From Podarcis gaigeae (lineage: Eukaryota): 64,000 nucleotides of DNA. The translations under genes were made by a program, and so were the position numbers. The stretch lies in NCBI GenBank assembly GCA_964106915.2, contig OZ066917.1; one strand, written 5' to 3'. Below, in pieces: positions 40,369-49,830 of the stretch. Under the pieces are notes generated by a model. The model ran no database searches, was not told the DNA's origin, and worked only from the letters and a program-made list of their open reading frames with translations. Numbering within the stretch: the first letter of the stretch is position 1; each line of letters opens with the position of its first letter.

Positions 40369-41355
40369 CTTTCGGCTTCTTGTTACTGGAACAGAGCGGG
40401 ATCTCAATGTTTGAGTTCCTATAAATACTGTAGAGGGGGTGTGGTGTCTAGCCTCCAATGTTCTGGGCAGAGAGGAAGTTCCCAGGCTAGTGTGCCTTTT
40501 CTTCTTTTGTTCCTTAATTACTTGAGAGATACCTTGAGTGATTTCTTGAGTGATATCCTGAGTACCACTTAGGTGGGTCATTAGGTGTGGATTAGTTGCT
40601 AAAGTCTTTGTGTCTTGACCTCTTGAACTTTGTGAAGAGTTTTCCTGAGAAGATGGCTGTATTGCACTTAGTTGTGCTTTGGCTTGGCTTCGTGTATAGG
40701 GGCGAGCTGTGGTTTTGTGGCTTGTGTCAGCCAGATCTGTGTAGGGATTGCAGGGGGGTGCGGCATCCGGAGGTGCCACCATGGATTGGCTACTGGATGG
40801 TGTCAGTAATTCATCTGTGGAGAGGGTCTGGGTTTGGGTCTGGTGTGGTTGATTGGTGTTGGCGTTCTGTGTGCCTCTGGATCTGGTGTCAGTTTTTGTG
40901 GGGAGGGCTAATTTCCAGATGTCTGGCAAGCGGGATGTGTCGTCACGCTTGTTCATGTTGTGAGGGTGTTTCTCTATCTCGATGGCTTCCATGATTATTC
41001 TCTTGTGGTGATGTTCCGTGTTAAAGAGCAATTTGGAATCTGCAAAATTAATTTCGTGTCCTGTTTCTTTCATGTGTTGGAAAAGAGAGGAAGTTTTTTC
41101 TTCTTTTTTGACGGCATTCTTGTGTTCTGCGATACGTGCATTTATTCGTCTGTTTGTTTGTCCAATGTACGTGGCTGGGCAGACTTTGCAGGGTATTTCA
41201 TAGATCCCTTGGTTTTCCAACTGGATTTTATCCTTGGGGTTTCTGAGGATATTGGCTATTTTTTGGTTGGTGCAAAAGGCTGTTTTGATATTGTGTTTAT
41301 GGAGGATTTTGCTAATTTTATCTGTAGTGCCCTTGATATAAGGAAGGAGGGCCAT
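40345..41355 (-). CDS. Mirror copy of the PLE GIY-YIG endonuclease ORF
   Basis: Protein identical to 41454-42464 in the ORF track. Coordinates are symmetric (sum 82809). Confidence 0.85.
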   Translation of the reverse strand: MALLPYIKGTTDKISKILHKHNIKTAFCTNQKIANILRNPKDKIQLENQGIYEIPCKVCPATYIGQTNRRINARIAEHKNAVKKEEKTSSLFQHMKETGHEINFADSKLLFNTEHHHKRIIMEAIEIEKHPHNMNKRDDTSRLPDIWKLALPTKTDTRSRGTQNANTNQPHQTQTQTLSTDELLTPSSSQSMVAPPDAAPPCNPYTDLADTSHKTTARPYTRSQAKAQLSAIQPSSQENSSQSSRGQDTKTLATNPHLMTHLSGTQDITQEITQGISQVIKEQKKKRHTSLGTSSLPRTLEARHHTPSTVFIGTQTLRSRSVPVTRSRKHQPEDDE

Positions 41356-41453
41356 GCCATTGTTTTCTTCTGTGTCTTGGTTTTTGGGGGGTGTTTCCTT
41401 TTGGGAAAAAGGAAACACCCCCCAAAAACCAAGACACAGAAGAAAACAATGGC

Positions 41454-42464
41454 ATGGCCCTCCTTCCTTATATCAAGGGCACTACAGATAAAATTAGCAA
41501 AATCCTCCATAAACACAATATCAAAACAGCCTTTTGCACCAACCAAAAAATAGCCAATATCCTCAGAAACCCCAAGGATAAAATCCAGTTGGAAAACCAA
41601 GGGATCTATGAAATACCCTGCAAAGTCTGCCCAGCCACGTACATTGGACAAACAAACAGACGAATAAATGCACGTATCGCAGAACACAAGAATGCCGTCA
41701 AAAAAGAAGAAAAAACTTCCTCTCTTTTCCAACACATGAAAGAAACAGGACACGAAATTAATTTTGCAGATTCCAAATTGCTCTTTAACACGGAACATCA
41801 CCACAAGAGAATAATCATGGAAGCCATCGAGATAGAGAAACACCCTCACAACATGAACAAGCGTGACGACACATCCCGCTTGCCAGACATCTGGAAATTA
41901 GCCCTCCCCACAAAAACTGACACCAGATCCAGAGGCACACAGAACGCCAACACCAATCAACCACACCAGACCCAAACCCAGACCCTCTCCACAGATGAAT
42001 TACTGACACCATCCAGTAGCCAATCCATGGTGGCACCTCCGGATGCTGCACCCCCCTGCAATCCCTACACAGATCTGGCTGACACAAGCCACAAAACCAC
42101 AGCTCGCCCCTATACACGAAGCCAAGCCAAAGCACAACTAAGTGCAATACAGCCATCTTCTCAGGAAAACTCTTCACAAAGTTCAAGAGGTCAAGACACA
42201 AAGACTTTAGCAACTAATCCACACCTAATGACCCACCTAAGTGGTACTCAGGATATCACTCAAGAAATCACTCAAGGTATCTCTCAAGTAATTAAGGAAC
42301 AAAAGAAGAAAAGGCACACTAGCCTGGGAACTTCCTCTCTGCCCAGAACATTGGAGGCTAGACACCACACCCCCTCTACAGTATTTATAGGAACTCAAAC
42401 ATTGAGATCCCGCTCTGTTCCAGTAACAAGAAGCCGAAAGCACCAGCCTGAAGATGACGAGTGA
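41454..42464 (+). CDS. PLE GIY-YIG endonuclease ORF (RT absent) with long S/T/Q-rich C-terminal extension; 336 aa from first in-frame ATG
   Basis: Motifs LPYIKG (PLE RT-EN linker), GIYEIPCKVCPATYIGQT (GIY-YIG with CxxC), RIAEH, HMKETGH, EAIEI and NMN. No stops. The frame is open back across the palindrome centre (41391). Confidence 0.85.
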   Translation: MALLPYIKGTTDKISKILHKHNIKTAFCTNQKIANILRNPKDKIQLENQGIYEIPCKVCPATYIGQTNRRINARIAEHKNAVKKEEKTSSLFQHMKETGHEINFADSKLLFNTEHHHKRIIMEAIEIEKHPHNMNKRDDTSRLPDIWKLALPTKTDTRSRGTQNANTNQPHQTQTQTLSTDELLTPSSSQSMVAPPDAAPPCNPYTDLADTSHKTTARPYTRSQAKAQLSAIQPSSQENSSQSSRGQDTKTLATNPHLMTHLSGTQDITQEITQGISQVIKEQKKKRHTSLGTSSLPRTLEARHHTPSTVFIGTQTLRSRSVPVTRSRKHQPEDDE

Positions 42465-42490
42465 GACCTCGTCGAAACGTCGCCTAGACA
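42441..42490 (+). ncRNA. Minimal type-I hammerhead ribozyme motif of the PLE
   Basis: CTGAAGA (42448-54), T, stem II GACGAG/tgagac/CTCGTC, GAAA (42474-77), CG, TC. This is the CUGANGA...GAAA..UH core with palindromic ACGU in place of stem III. Stem I is only ~2 bp. Confidence 0.7.
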
Positions 42491-43192
42491 CCCCAACTTT
42501 TACACGGGAAGACACCCGAGGACACCAAAACCTGCATTCCTGTACCCGTGAAAATCTACGAAAGCAAATATATATATATATATATATATATATGGTCCCA
42601 ATGAGTTCAAAGGTGCTTATGACCAGGCAAGCAAGTGTAGTAGGACTGCAACACAAAATAATATGCCACTGGGGTTAAAAAGCAACAACTTGTGCTTGAA
42701 GTAGCTGCCTTCCATGCTTGTCACTGGGTAATTAGCAGCTGAGATAGATGCCCCTGCCTGCTCATTTCATGCCTGCCTCCTCAATCAGGTTATCTTGACA
42801 GGCTGCTCTGTTGTGTGTCTCTCCCCATCACCTCCTTTACACAAGGCGATATGATTTGTAAGTAGCCCTATGGTGGTATTGGGCAAGAGATCAGCCAACT
42901 TGGCCAGAGCTACTGAGAGCTGTGTGGTAGAAGGACCCACCCAGGCTATTCTAGCTTCTTCTCCTTTCTCACACTTCAGAGCACCTTTGACAAGCCTATA
43001 CATATGTGAATATCAATTTTAGTAACAATGGATTCTGTGTTTTAACCTTTCGTATGCTGCTTCGAGAGGTTTTGTAAAAAGCGTTGAACGAACAACAACA
43101 ATATATTAATGTGGATCTAGGTACCACAGCACACAATTTGAATACTAAACTGATACATGCCAAAGACCATCAACAAATAGAAAGGATCTTAC

Positions 43193-43230
43193 CATGATCT
43201 ATGGGAATGTGCACCAGTGACCGATACAAA
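43193..43230 (-). CDS. GEMIN8: GEMIN8 short exon: 35 nt 5'UTR plus the initiator ATG (43195-43193)
   Basis: Strong acceptor ttttccttttgtcttttag| and exon end ...AGATCATG|gtaaga. A phase-0 junction places the ATG in frame with the exon at 36191. Total CDS is 3+439+257=699 nt (232 aa plus stop). Confidence 0.75.
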
Positions 43231-43810
43231 CTAAAAGACAAAAGGAAAATAAATAGGTGAAGAAATCAAATGTTTACATAGAGAGGAGTACAAAATTAAG
43301 CCTGTAGCCAGTTAGGGTTTCAGATTCAACTCGAGGTGCTTGTTTTGATCTTTAAAATGCAAGAAGGTTCAAGGCTAAGGGGTGGACTTTGGTAATATGG
43401 AGCCCTGAACGAGGACAAGATTTGATGCCCTCCTCGTTCTGGCCTTCTGTTCTGCACATACTCTCAAGTGCACTACGGCGTAGTTGTGGCAACTCAAATC
43501 GCCCAACTGACCAGGGCCTAACTCTGAGTAGGTGCTCATATATACAAATAATGAGGGATGTGCAATACTAGCCACATGGGGTGCAAGCAGGAACTCCAAT
43601 TATCTTTTGCAGCAAGATTTTTTCCATCGCTAAAGCCCAGTGGATCTGAATGAAAGGAGATGAGTGATATCAGGATTGCATCCATTCATCTGAAATGCAA
43701 ATTAGGACACTACTACAAGGCAGCACAAAGGCACAGCTAGCACAATTGTACAGCTGAGAAAGGGCGAGCAAGAGAAAAAGAGAGAGAGAGAATGATCATT
43801 ACTCACTCAC

Positions 43811-43880
43811 CCTTTGCCGCAAAAGGTGTTGGAAGTTCATACACCCTTGCCGACAGACTACTACTCGCATGGGAAAAGAT
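43811..43880 (-). other. GEMIN8: Probable GEMIN8 5' exon (70 nt) containing upstream ATGs
   Basis: Acceptor atttcag| at 43881-43882, donor AAGG|gtgagt at 43810. It lies between the CpG island and the ATG exon. Confidence 0.5.
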
Positions 43881-44939
43881 CTGAAATTTCTCAGGCCCAA
43901 AGATGCTAAGGAGATGGAATTTACAGTCATTCTCCCTAGTTTTCAAGGGAAGCAGAAAAAACCTACAGGAATACTAAGCTGGCGGTGATTATTAACAGAA
44001 GACTGCAGAGATTCTGCTGTACTCTGAGCCTGCAGATCTGTAGCACATTAAGCTCCAGTTCCATTTTGTATGTCCCAAACCGTTCTGTTTCCCATGCTCC
44101 AGCTCTTTTAAAGTTTGTCCATGTCTCTCATAGTTTATACATGCTCACTGAATTTCTTTAATATGACACATCTGGTCTCTGGCAAGGTCGCTGTTATAAG
44201 TATAACAAGGTTCCTTTCCCACATTTAGGATACAGAGTCTTTTGTATTTGCCTTTCCTGTTTCCTGACTATTCTTAGGGTGGCATTCAACTAAGTTTGAC
44301 TCAGAGTAGACCGACTGAAGTTAATGAACACTAAATTAGGTCCATTAATTTCAACGGGTTCTACTCTGAGTAAAGCTTAGCTGGCCAAATATCTTTATTA
44401 ATAGACTGACTGCCTGAATCAAAAAGAATCACCTCTGAACTGTCCCAGGTATATGCAGAAGTGTTTCAGACAAGGGCAAATGTTTTCCACTTTGCATTTT
44501 GCATTCGACAATCTGGCAGCTTGACAGGAGCCAACACAACTGTAGACTCAAAAGTTTAGTTTGTGAACAGCTGCTGGTTGTTGAAGCCACTGTGTGCACG
44601 ACGTCTTGATTTCCGTCACAAGGTGGCACCAAAACTATATGAACTGGGGGTGCTGCTTGCCCGAGTTTATTTTATAAATCCAGGGTGGGAGCTGATGGAA
44701 ATCCAACAACACAGATTTTCCATCCTTAATGTAAATGAAAATATTATCTGGTCCCATGTGGATTCTTATTATTATGTATTAAATTTCTTTACTGCCCTTC
44801 ACCGGAAGACTACAATATATAAAACTGCAATATTAAAAAACCACAAAAAATACATAGCATAATAACAAACAAAAACTAAAACCCTCACAGTTTAAAAGGC
44901 CATAGATTGTTTAATTAGTCAAAGGCCTTGGAGAAGAGG

Positions 44940-45475
44940 AATAATGATGATAATAATAATTGATTTATACCCTGTCCCTCTTGTTGGGTTACCCCAGCCA
45001 CCCTGGGCAGCTCCCAACAAAATATTAAAAACACGATAAAACATCAAACATTAAAAGCTTCCCGATACAGGGCTGCCTTCAGAGATCTCCTAAAAGTCAG
45101 ATAGTTGTTTATTTCCTTGACATCTGATGGGAGGGAATTCCACAGGGCGGCCACCACTACTGAGAAGGTCCTCTGCCTGGTTCCCTGTAACTTCGCTTCT
45201 CGCAGGGAGGAAACCGCCAGAAGGCCCTCAGAGCTGGACCTGAGTGTCTGGGCTGAACGTTGGGGGTGGAGACGCTCCTTCAGGTATACTGGGCTACTCA
45301 CAAAATGTTTCTGCCTAGCACCTAAAGATATGTAACTAAGGCACCAGGCGAGCCTCTCAGGGGAGAGTATTCCACAAATGGGAAGCCACTGCAGAAAAGG
45401 CCCGTTTTCGTATTGCCGCCCTCTGGACCACTCGTGGAGGCACACAAAGGGCCTTAGATGATGACTGCAGGGATA
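44940..45475 (-). mobile_element. L2-type LINE 3' fragments
   Basis: Residual peptide RTFSVVVAALWNSLPSDVKEINNYLTFRRSLKAALY, typical of an L2 ORF2 C-terminus. Confidence 0.75.
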
Positions 45476-47369
45476 TGCACCCACACATACATCACAGAAG
45501 ACCAGATCAATGAGTTTCCTACAGTAGTGGATCCCAAACTTCCCACCTGCCCCATTTTTTTTGCTGAGGCTCGTTTTTTTTTTTTTTTAAAAAAACTTGT
45601 GGTAGGCATTGTAATGCACTATGCTAGATGCTGAATGATTTTTAATTGCATTTCTACACAGATGCTGTGGGCCACCTGTATGCAGCTTGCGGGCAACTGG
45701 TGGTCTATGGACTTCCGTTTGGGAATCCCTGTCCTAGAGTATCCTCCTCAAGTTCAGACAGACAAAAAGGCAATACAGGGCCATAAAGGCAAGAAGCTGA
45801 TAAGGGCAGTTTTCATCCACTCTTGGTGGCTGGAGCCTGGATACCTCGCAAAATATTAAGGGAATCTGCTGTGCCAGAACACTTTAATACAAATGCAATT
45901 AACCCAGTGGCAAAAGTTCTCATTGTTTTACACACTTAATCCTTCCTCTAAGCAACATTTCCTCCATCCCAGCTGATTGCCACTGTTGCAAAACCATAAA
46001 CACCAACATGGGGCCTCTCAGGAATTCATGACCCTGGCAAGGGAACGCGTTCTGTAACTTTATGGGAAAACCACCACATTCCTGAGAAGTGGAATTGTGG
46101 GTTACGAAGTCTTGGCTGTGCTTAACGGGGATAGAGAAAGAGAGAATAGATTAATGGCAGAAAGGGTTCAGATTGCTAATCTGTTTCAGCCACCATGATG
46201 AGAACAAGGGACTTGGTTTAAGAAAAGAGGAACTAATTTGTAACAAATTGGAATAACTCCTCCAGCATAAACTGCAGAAAGTAGCATTTTACTAGTAGTA
46301 AACAAAGTCGCTGAGGCAATTTAAAAAGCTCTACTCCAGATTATGCAGACATCAGAAGTCTCTGACCTTTTCCCTCAGACTAGAGAGGTGGATTCCTCAC
46401 CCAAATGTCAACTTTTTGTCCCTTATAAAAACAGAAAAACCACACAGAGTGGTGGACTTTCATTCACCATTATGATTTCTATAATTGCTAACATTTGCTA
46501 GAAAAATCTGATTCATCTTCTAAGTGGCTGCTCTATGTTAATAATGCTTGGGATTTAGATCTAAAGCAATGGAGGCTCTAAGAAACTCTGTTCTGCCTCA
46601 ACATTCAGCCTTACCCTGCATTTCTGCACAAGTTAATTCTGATGGTAAATGTAATAAATTATCGCATGCATGCAAATCCCCAAGTGTGCATGAGTGGCTG
46701 GCTCTGAAACTGCTACATCCAACAGCTGCGCCAATTTAAACCCTGTACAGCTTTAAATCCTGTGCAGATTTCATTTCTCATGTCAGAAAAGTTAAGTCTG
46801 TTCGTCTCAGCATGACATGACTGCACATAACATGTATTTAAAAGGAAAACCAGGACCAAAGTGACCCAAACTTTAACCATGCAATATGTCACACACTTTT
46901 CGGGGGGGGAGGGGCAAGTGTGCAGATATGTATTTGGGTAACTCATTTTGCTTGTTAGCTTTGAGGAGGGGCAAGTAGTTCAGGCTACTGAAACAATGGC
47001 ACTGGAAATCTGACTCACAGAAGCACAATCCTATGTATGTCTACTCAGAAGTAAGCCCTGGTGTGTTCAACAGGATTTATTCATAGGAAATTGGGTACTG
47101 GAGTGCAGCCTAAAGGATGAACTGTAGCGATGAAAACCTCCAAATATACTGGCAGATATCTGATTAGTAAACGTAGTTAGGTTGGTTGCATTGTCTTCTA
47201 GGATATTACCATATTTATGGTCATTTTCTTGGTTTTTTAAAAGACATAAAAGGGGGAGGGCAGGACAGAGAGAATGCAGTGCTTTCTTAACTAGAAATTA
47301 AAATGTTACCTAGATCCCATATTTCTTTGATATGTGGGCTTATCAACAGTAAGGACCAGACAGAGGATA

Positions 47370-47956
47370 CAGTGGTACCTCTGGTTATGAACTTAATTCA
47401 TTCTGGAGGTCCGTTCTTCAGCTGAAACTGTTCTTATCCTGAGGCGCGCTTTTGCTAATGGGGCCTCCAGCACGTGATTTGCGTTTGCATTCTGGGGCAA
47501 AGTTTGCAACCAGGAGCAGCTACTTCCAGGTTAGAGGAGTTCATAACCCAAAGCATTCATAACCCAAGGTAAAGGTAAAGGTAAAGGGACCCCTGACCAT
47601 TAGGTCCAGTTGTGGCCGACTCTGGGGTTGCAGCGCTCATCTCGCTTTATTGGCCGAGGGAGTAGGCGTACAGCTTCCGGGTCATGTGGCCAGCAGGACT
47701 AAGCCGCTTCTGGTGAACCAGAGCAACACACAGAAACGCCGTTTACCTTCCCGCCGGAGCGGTACCTATTTATCTACTTGCACTTTGAAAGCATTCAAAC
47801 TGCTAGGTTGGCAGGAGCAGGGACTGAGCAATGGGAGCTCACCCCGTCGCGGGGATTCGAACTGCCGACCTTCTGATCAGCAAGTCCTAGGCTCTGTGGT
47901 TTAACCCACAGCACCACCCGCGTCCCAATTGTACAGTGGTACACGAGGTATCACTG
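47370..47956. mobile_element. Tc1/mariner MITE interrupted by a Sauria SINE
   Basis: Left TIR cagtggtacctc at 47370, right TIR gaggtatcactg at 47956, TA flanks. Confidence 0.75.
47567..47927 (-). mobile_element. Sauria SINE nested in a Tc1/mariner MITE
   Basis: (aaaggt)n tail to cacccgcgtccc head. MITE sequence on both sides. Confidence 0.9.
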
Positions 47957-48852
47957 TACAATTGTTCCTAGCCAAAAATTTTCACTTTTAAAAAATAGCA
48001 GTTGCCCCATGTCAGCTTCACTCTATTTTCCCACCAACTAGGTTAGTGATTTATATTTAATTATTGCATTTATATGGCACTTTTTCTCAGAGGAGCTCAA
48101 GGCATGATTCCACCCCTTCCCATTTTATCTTCACAACAACCCTGTGAGGTAGGTTAGGCAAAGCGACTGGGACCGGCCCAGGGTCACCCAAGTGAGCTTC
48201 ATAGATGAGTGGGTATTTGAACCCTGGTCTCCCAGGCCCTAGTCCAACGCTCTAATCATTACAGCAGAGTTATTATGCTAAGACCAAGACATAAAATGTG
48301 CATAAGAATAGAAAAGATGTTATTATGCCACCCGCAAGAAATATACCAAACACCATTTCCTGAATACTGGATTTCTAAATAAATAAACAAGCAACCCCTG
48401 CCCTGGAAACCAACCATAAACAGTTCTGCTCAATGCATGGGATGTTTACATAAACATAAGTAGCACAATAGAGCAAGCACCTCAGTTTTAAAGATTTGTC
48501 ACTTACAGTAGACTTGCCAGACTCCATGCCCCACAACACCTGACTTTATTTTTCATCTCATCTACTGCATTTGTAACCCACCCTTCCACCAGGGTGGCTT
48601 GCAACCGTTCTCTCCTCACCCATTTTATATGTAACTTCGCTCAGCGAGCTTCAGGGTTGAATACAAATTTGAACCTGGCTCTCCAGTCTCAGTTCTGTAA
48701 TCTAGCCACGGCATCACATGTTGTTCTCAATATATGCCAGCAATAAATTAACAGCTGCCTAGGAGGCAGACGTCCACCAGGGGGTAGCTTTCTCCTAGCC
48801 AAGCAAGTCTTCACGAGAATCGGTATCATATAAAGTGGGCTGCTTAATTTAA

Positions 48853-48893
<41 letters not shown>

Positions 48894-49133
48894 AGCACTT
48901 CTGTTTATAAACCAGCTGCCCAATCTTAATCCCCTTCACCTTGAAGAGTAGAAGGCAAGAAAGCCTCAGGAGTATCCTTGCTATATTTTGCGAGTATTTT
49001 GAGGGCAGCAGCCCAGAAAAGACCACCTTTCCTCAGCTGGGTACCCTTAGCCATGGCTCATCTTGGCTGGGAAAGGCTGGTGTGGCCAAAGTTAGAGATT
49101 AGACGCCCAAATGGTCTGGCTGGGTCTCTAAGG

Positions 49134-49264
49134 CAAGCTTCCTCAACCTCGGCCCTCCAGATGTTTTTTTGGCCTACAACTCCCATGATCCCGAGCTAGC
49201 AGGACCAGTGGTCAGGGATGATGGAACTGTAGTCTCAACCTGGAGGGCAGGTTGAGGAAACCTG
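49134..49264. mobile_element. hAT-like MITE carrying ctacaactccca motif
   Basis: 8-bp TSD ctctaagg (49126-33 and 49265-72). TIRs caagcttcctcaacc / ggttgaggaaacctg. Confidence 0.75.
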
Positions 49265-49269
49265 CTCTA

Positions 49270-49830
49270 AGGCGTTGCGTGCCCTCCCATTAACTCCGGG
49301 AAGCGAATTCCCACGGGGCGATGGGAACAGGATGCGGGAAAGAGCAGGATCCAATCCCTCCCCTCGGCAAGAGCCGCGTGGACAGCAAGGCACCTGCCCT
49401 TGGGAACTCCTGGTCTATTTCTCCGCTGAGGTGCTTCAGGAGCGGCACCGGCAAAGCCCCCACCCCACTGCAAAAGTAACTGGCTGGGATCGGGGCAAAC
49501 ATACTTCGGGCGTAGGGCGCGCAGCAAGAACCGAAGACCGCGCCGCGCCCGGCTCTTCCTTCCTGCAGGCGGGGAAAGGGAAGAGGTGGAGTCTCGCTGC
49601 GACCGGGAAGCCAAGCGCCCGAGCTGCGTCTCTTTCGCGGGGAGAGGGCGGCATCTGCTGGATCGGAAGCGCGTTAACGCTGTGCCTGGAAAGAGAATTG
49701 GCTGCCTGTGCCTCATGCTTTTAAAGCACGTTCAACGCAGGCGCCCACCCACCCCACATTCTGGGAACTGTAGTTTGCCCAGGGTGCTGGGAATTGCAGG
49801 TCGGGTAAATTACAGTTCGCGTGCGTGTGT
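49270..49830 (-). promoter_or_regulatory. GEMIN8: CpG island, putative GEMIN8 promoter and first exon (candidate donor AA|gtatgt at 49504)
   Basis: This is the most CpG-dense non-repeat stretch in the window and lies upstream of the GEMIN8 exons on the minus strand. It has ETS-like (c)ggaag sites (~49603, ~49664) and ZNF143/SBS-like ctgggaactgtagt at ~49761. Confidence 0.7.

Larger units (their letters stand above)
40272..42568. mobile_element. Penelope-like element (Penelope/Poseidon type): two 5'-truncated copies joined head-to-head as a palindrome
   Basis: Arms 40272-41402 and 41407-42537 are reverse complements around a 4-nt spacer (ggga). Extra tail at 42538-42568. GIY-YIG ORFs and hammerhead motifs in both arms. 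(TA)n on both flanks. Confidence 0.92.

Noticed and set aside
40960-41849. 197-aa hydrophobic ORFs spanning the palindrome centre, and the 132-aa ORFs in the arms
   Set aside because: These are antisense or alternative-frame shadows of the A-rich endonuclease ORF, duplicated by symmetry, with no recognisable domain.
41391-42464. A domesticated host GIY-YIG gene (SLX1/ANKLE1-like)
   Set aside because: It is intronless, begins in the PLE RT-EN linker, ends in a PLE hammerhead repeat and sits in (TA)n. This is a recent transposon copy.
40272-42537. Palindrome as a sequencing or assembly fold-back artefact
   Set aside because: The arms differ at two CpG sites, the flanks are unique on each side, one arm has an extra tail, and the symmetry ends exactly at the element boundary. 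Not fully excluded without reads.
49267-49724. 149-aa ORFs on both strands in the CpG island
   Set aside because: Expected from high GC content and stop-codon depletion. No recognisable protein.
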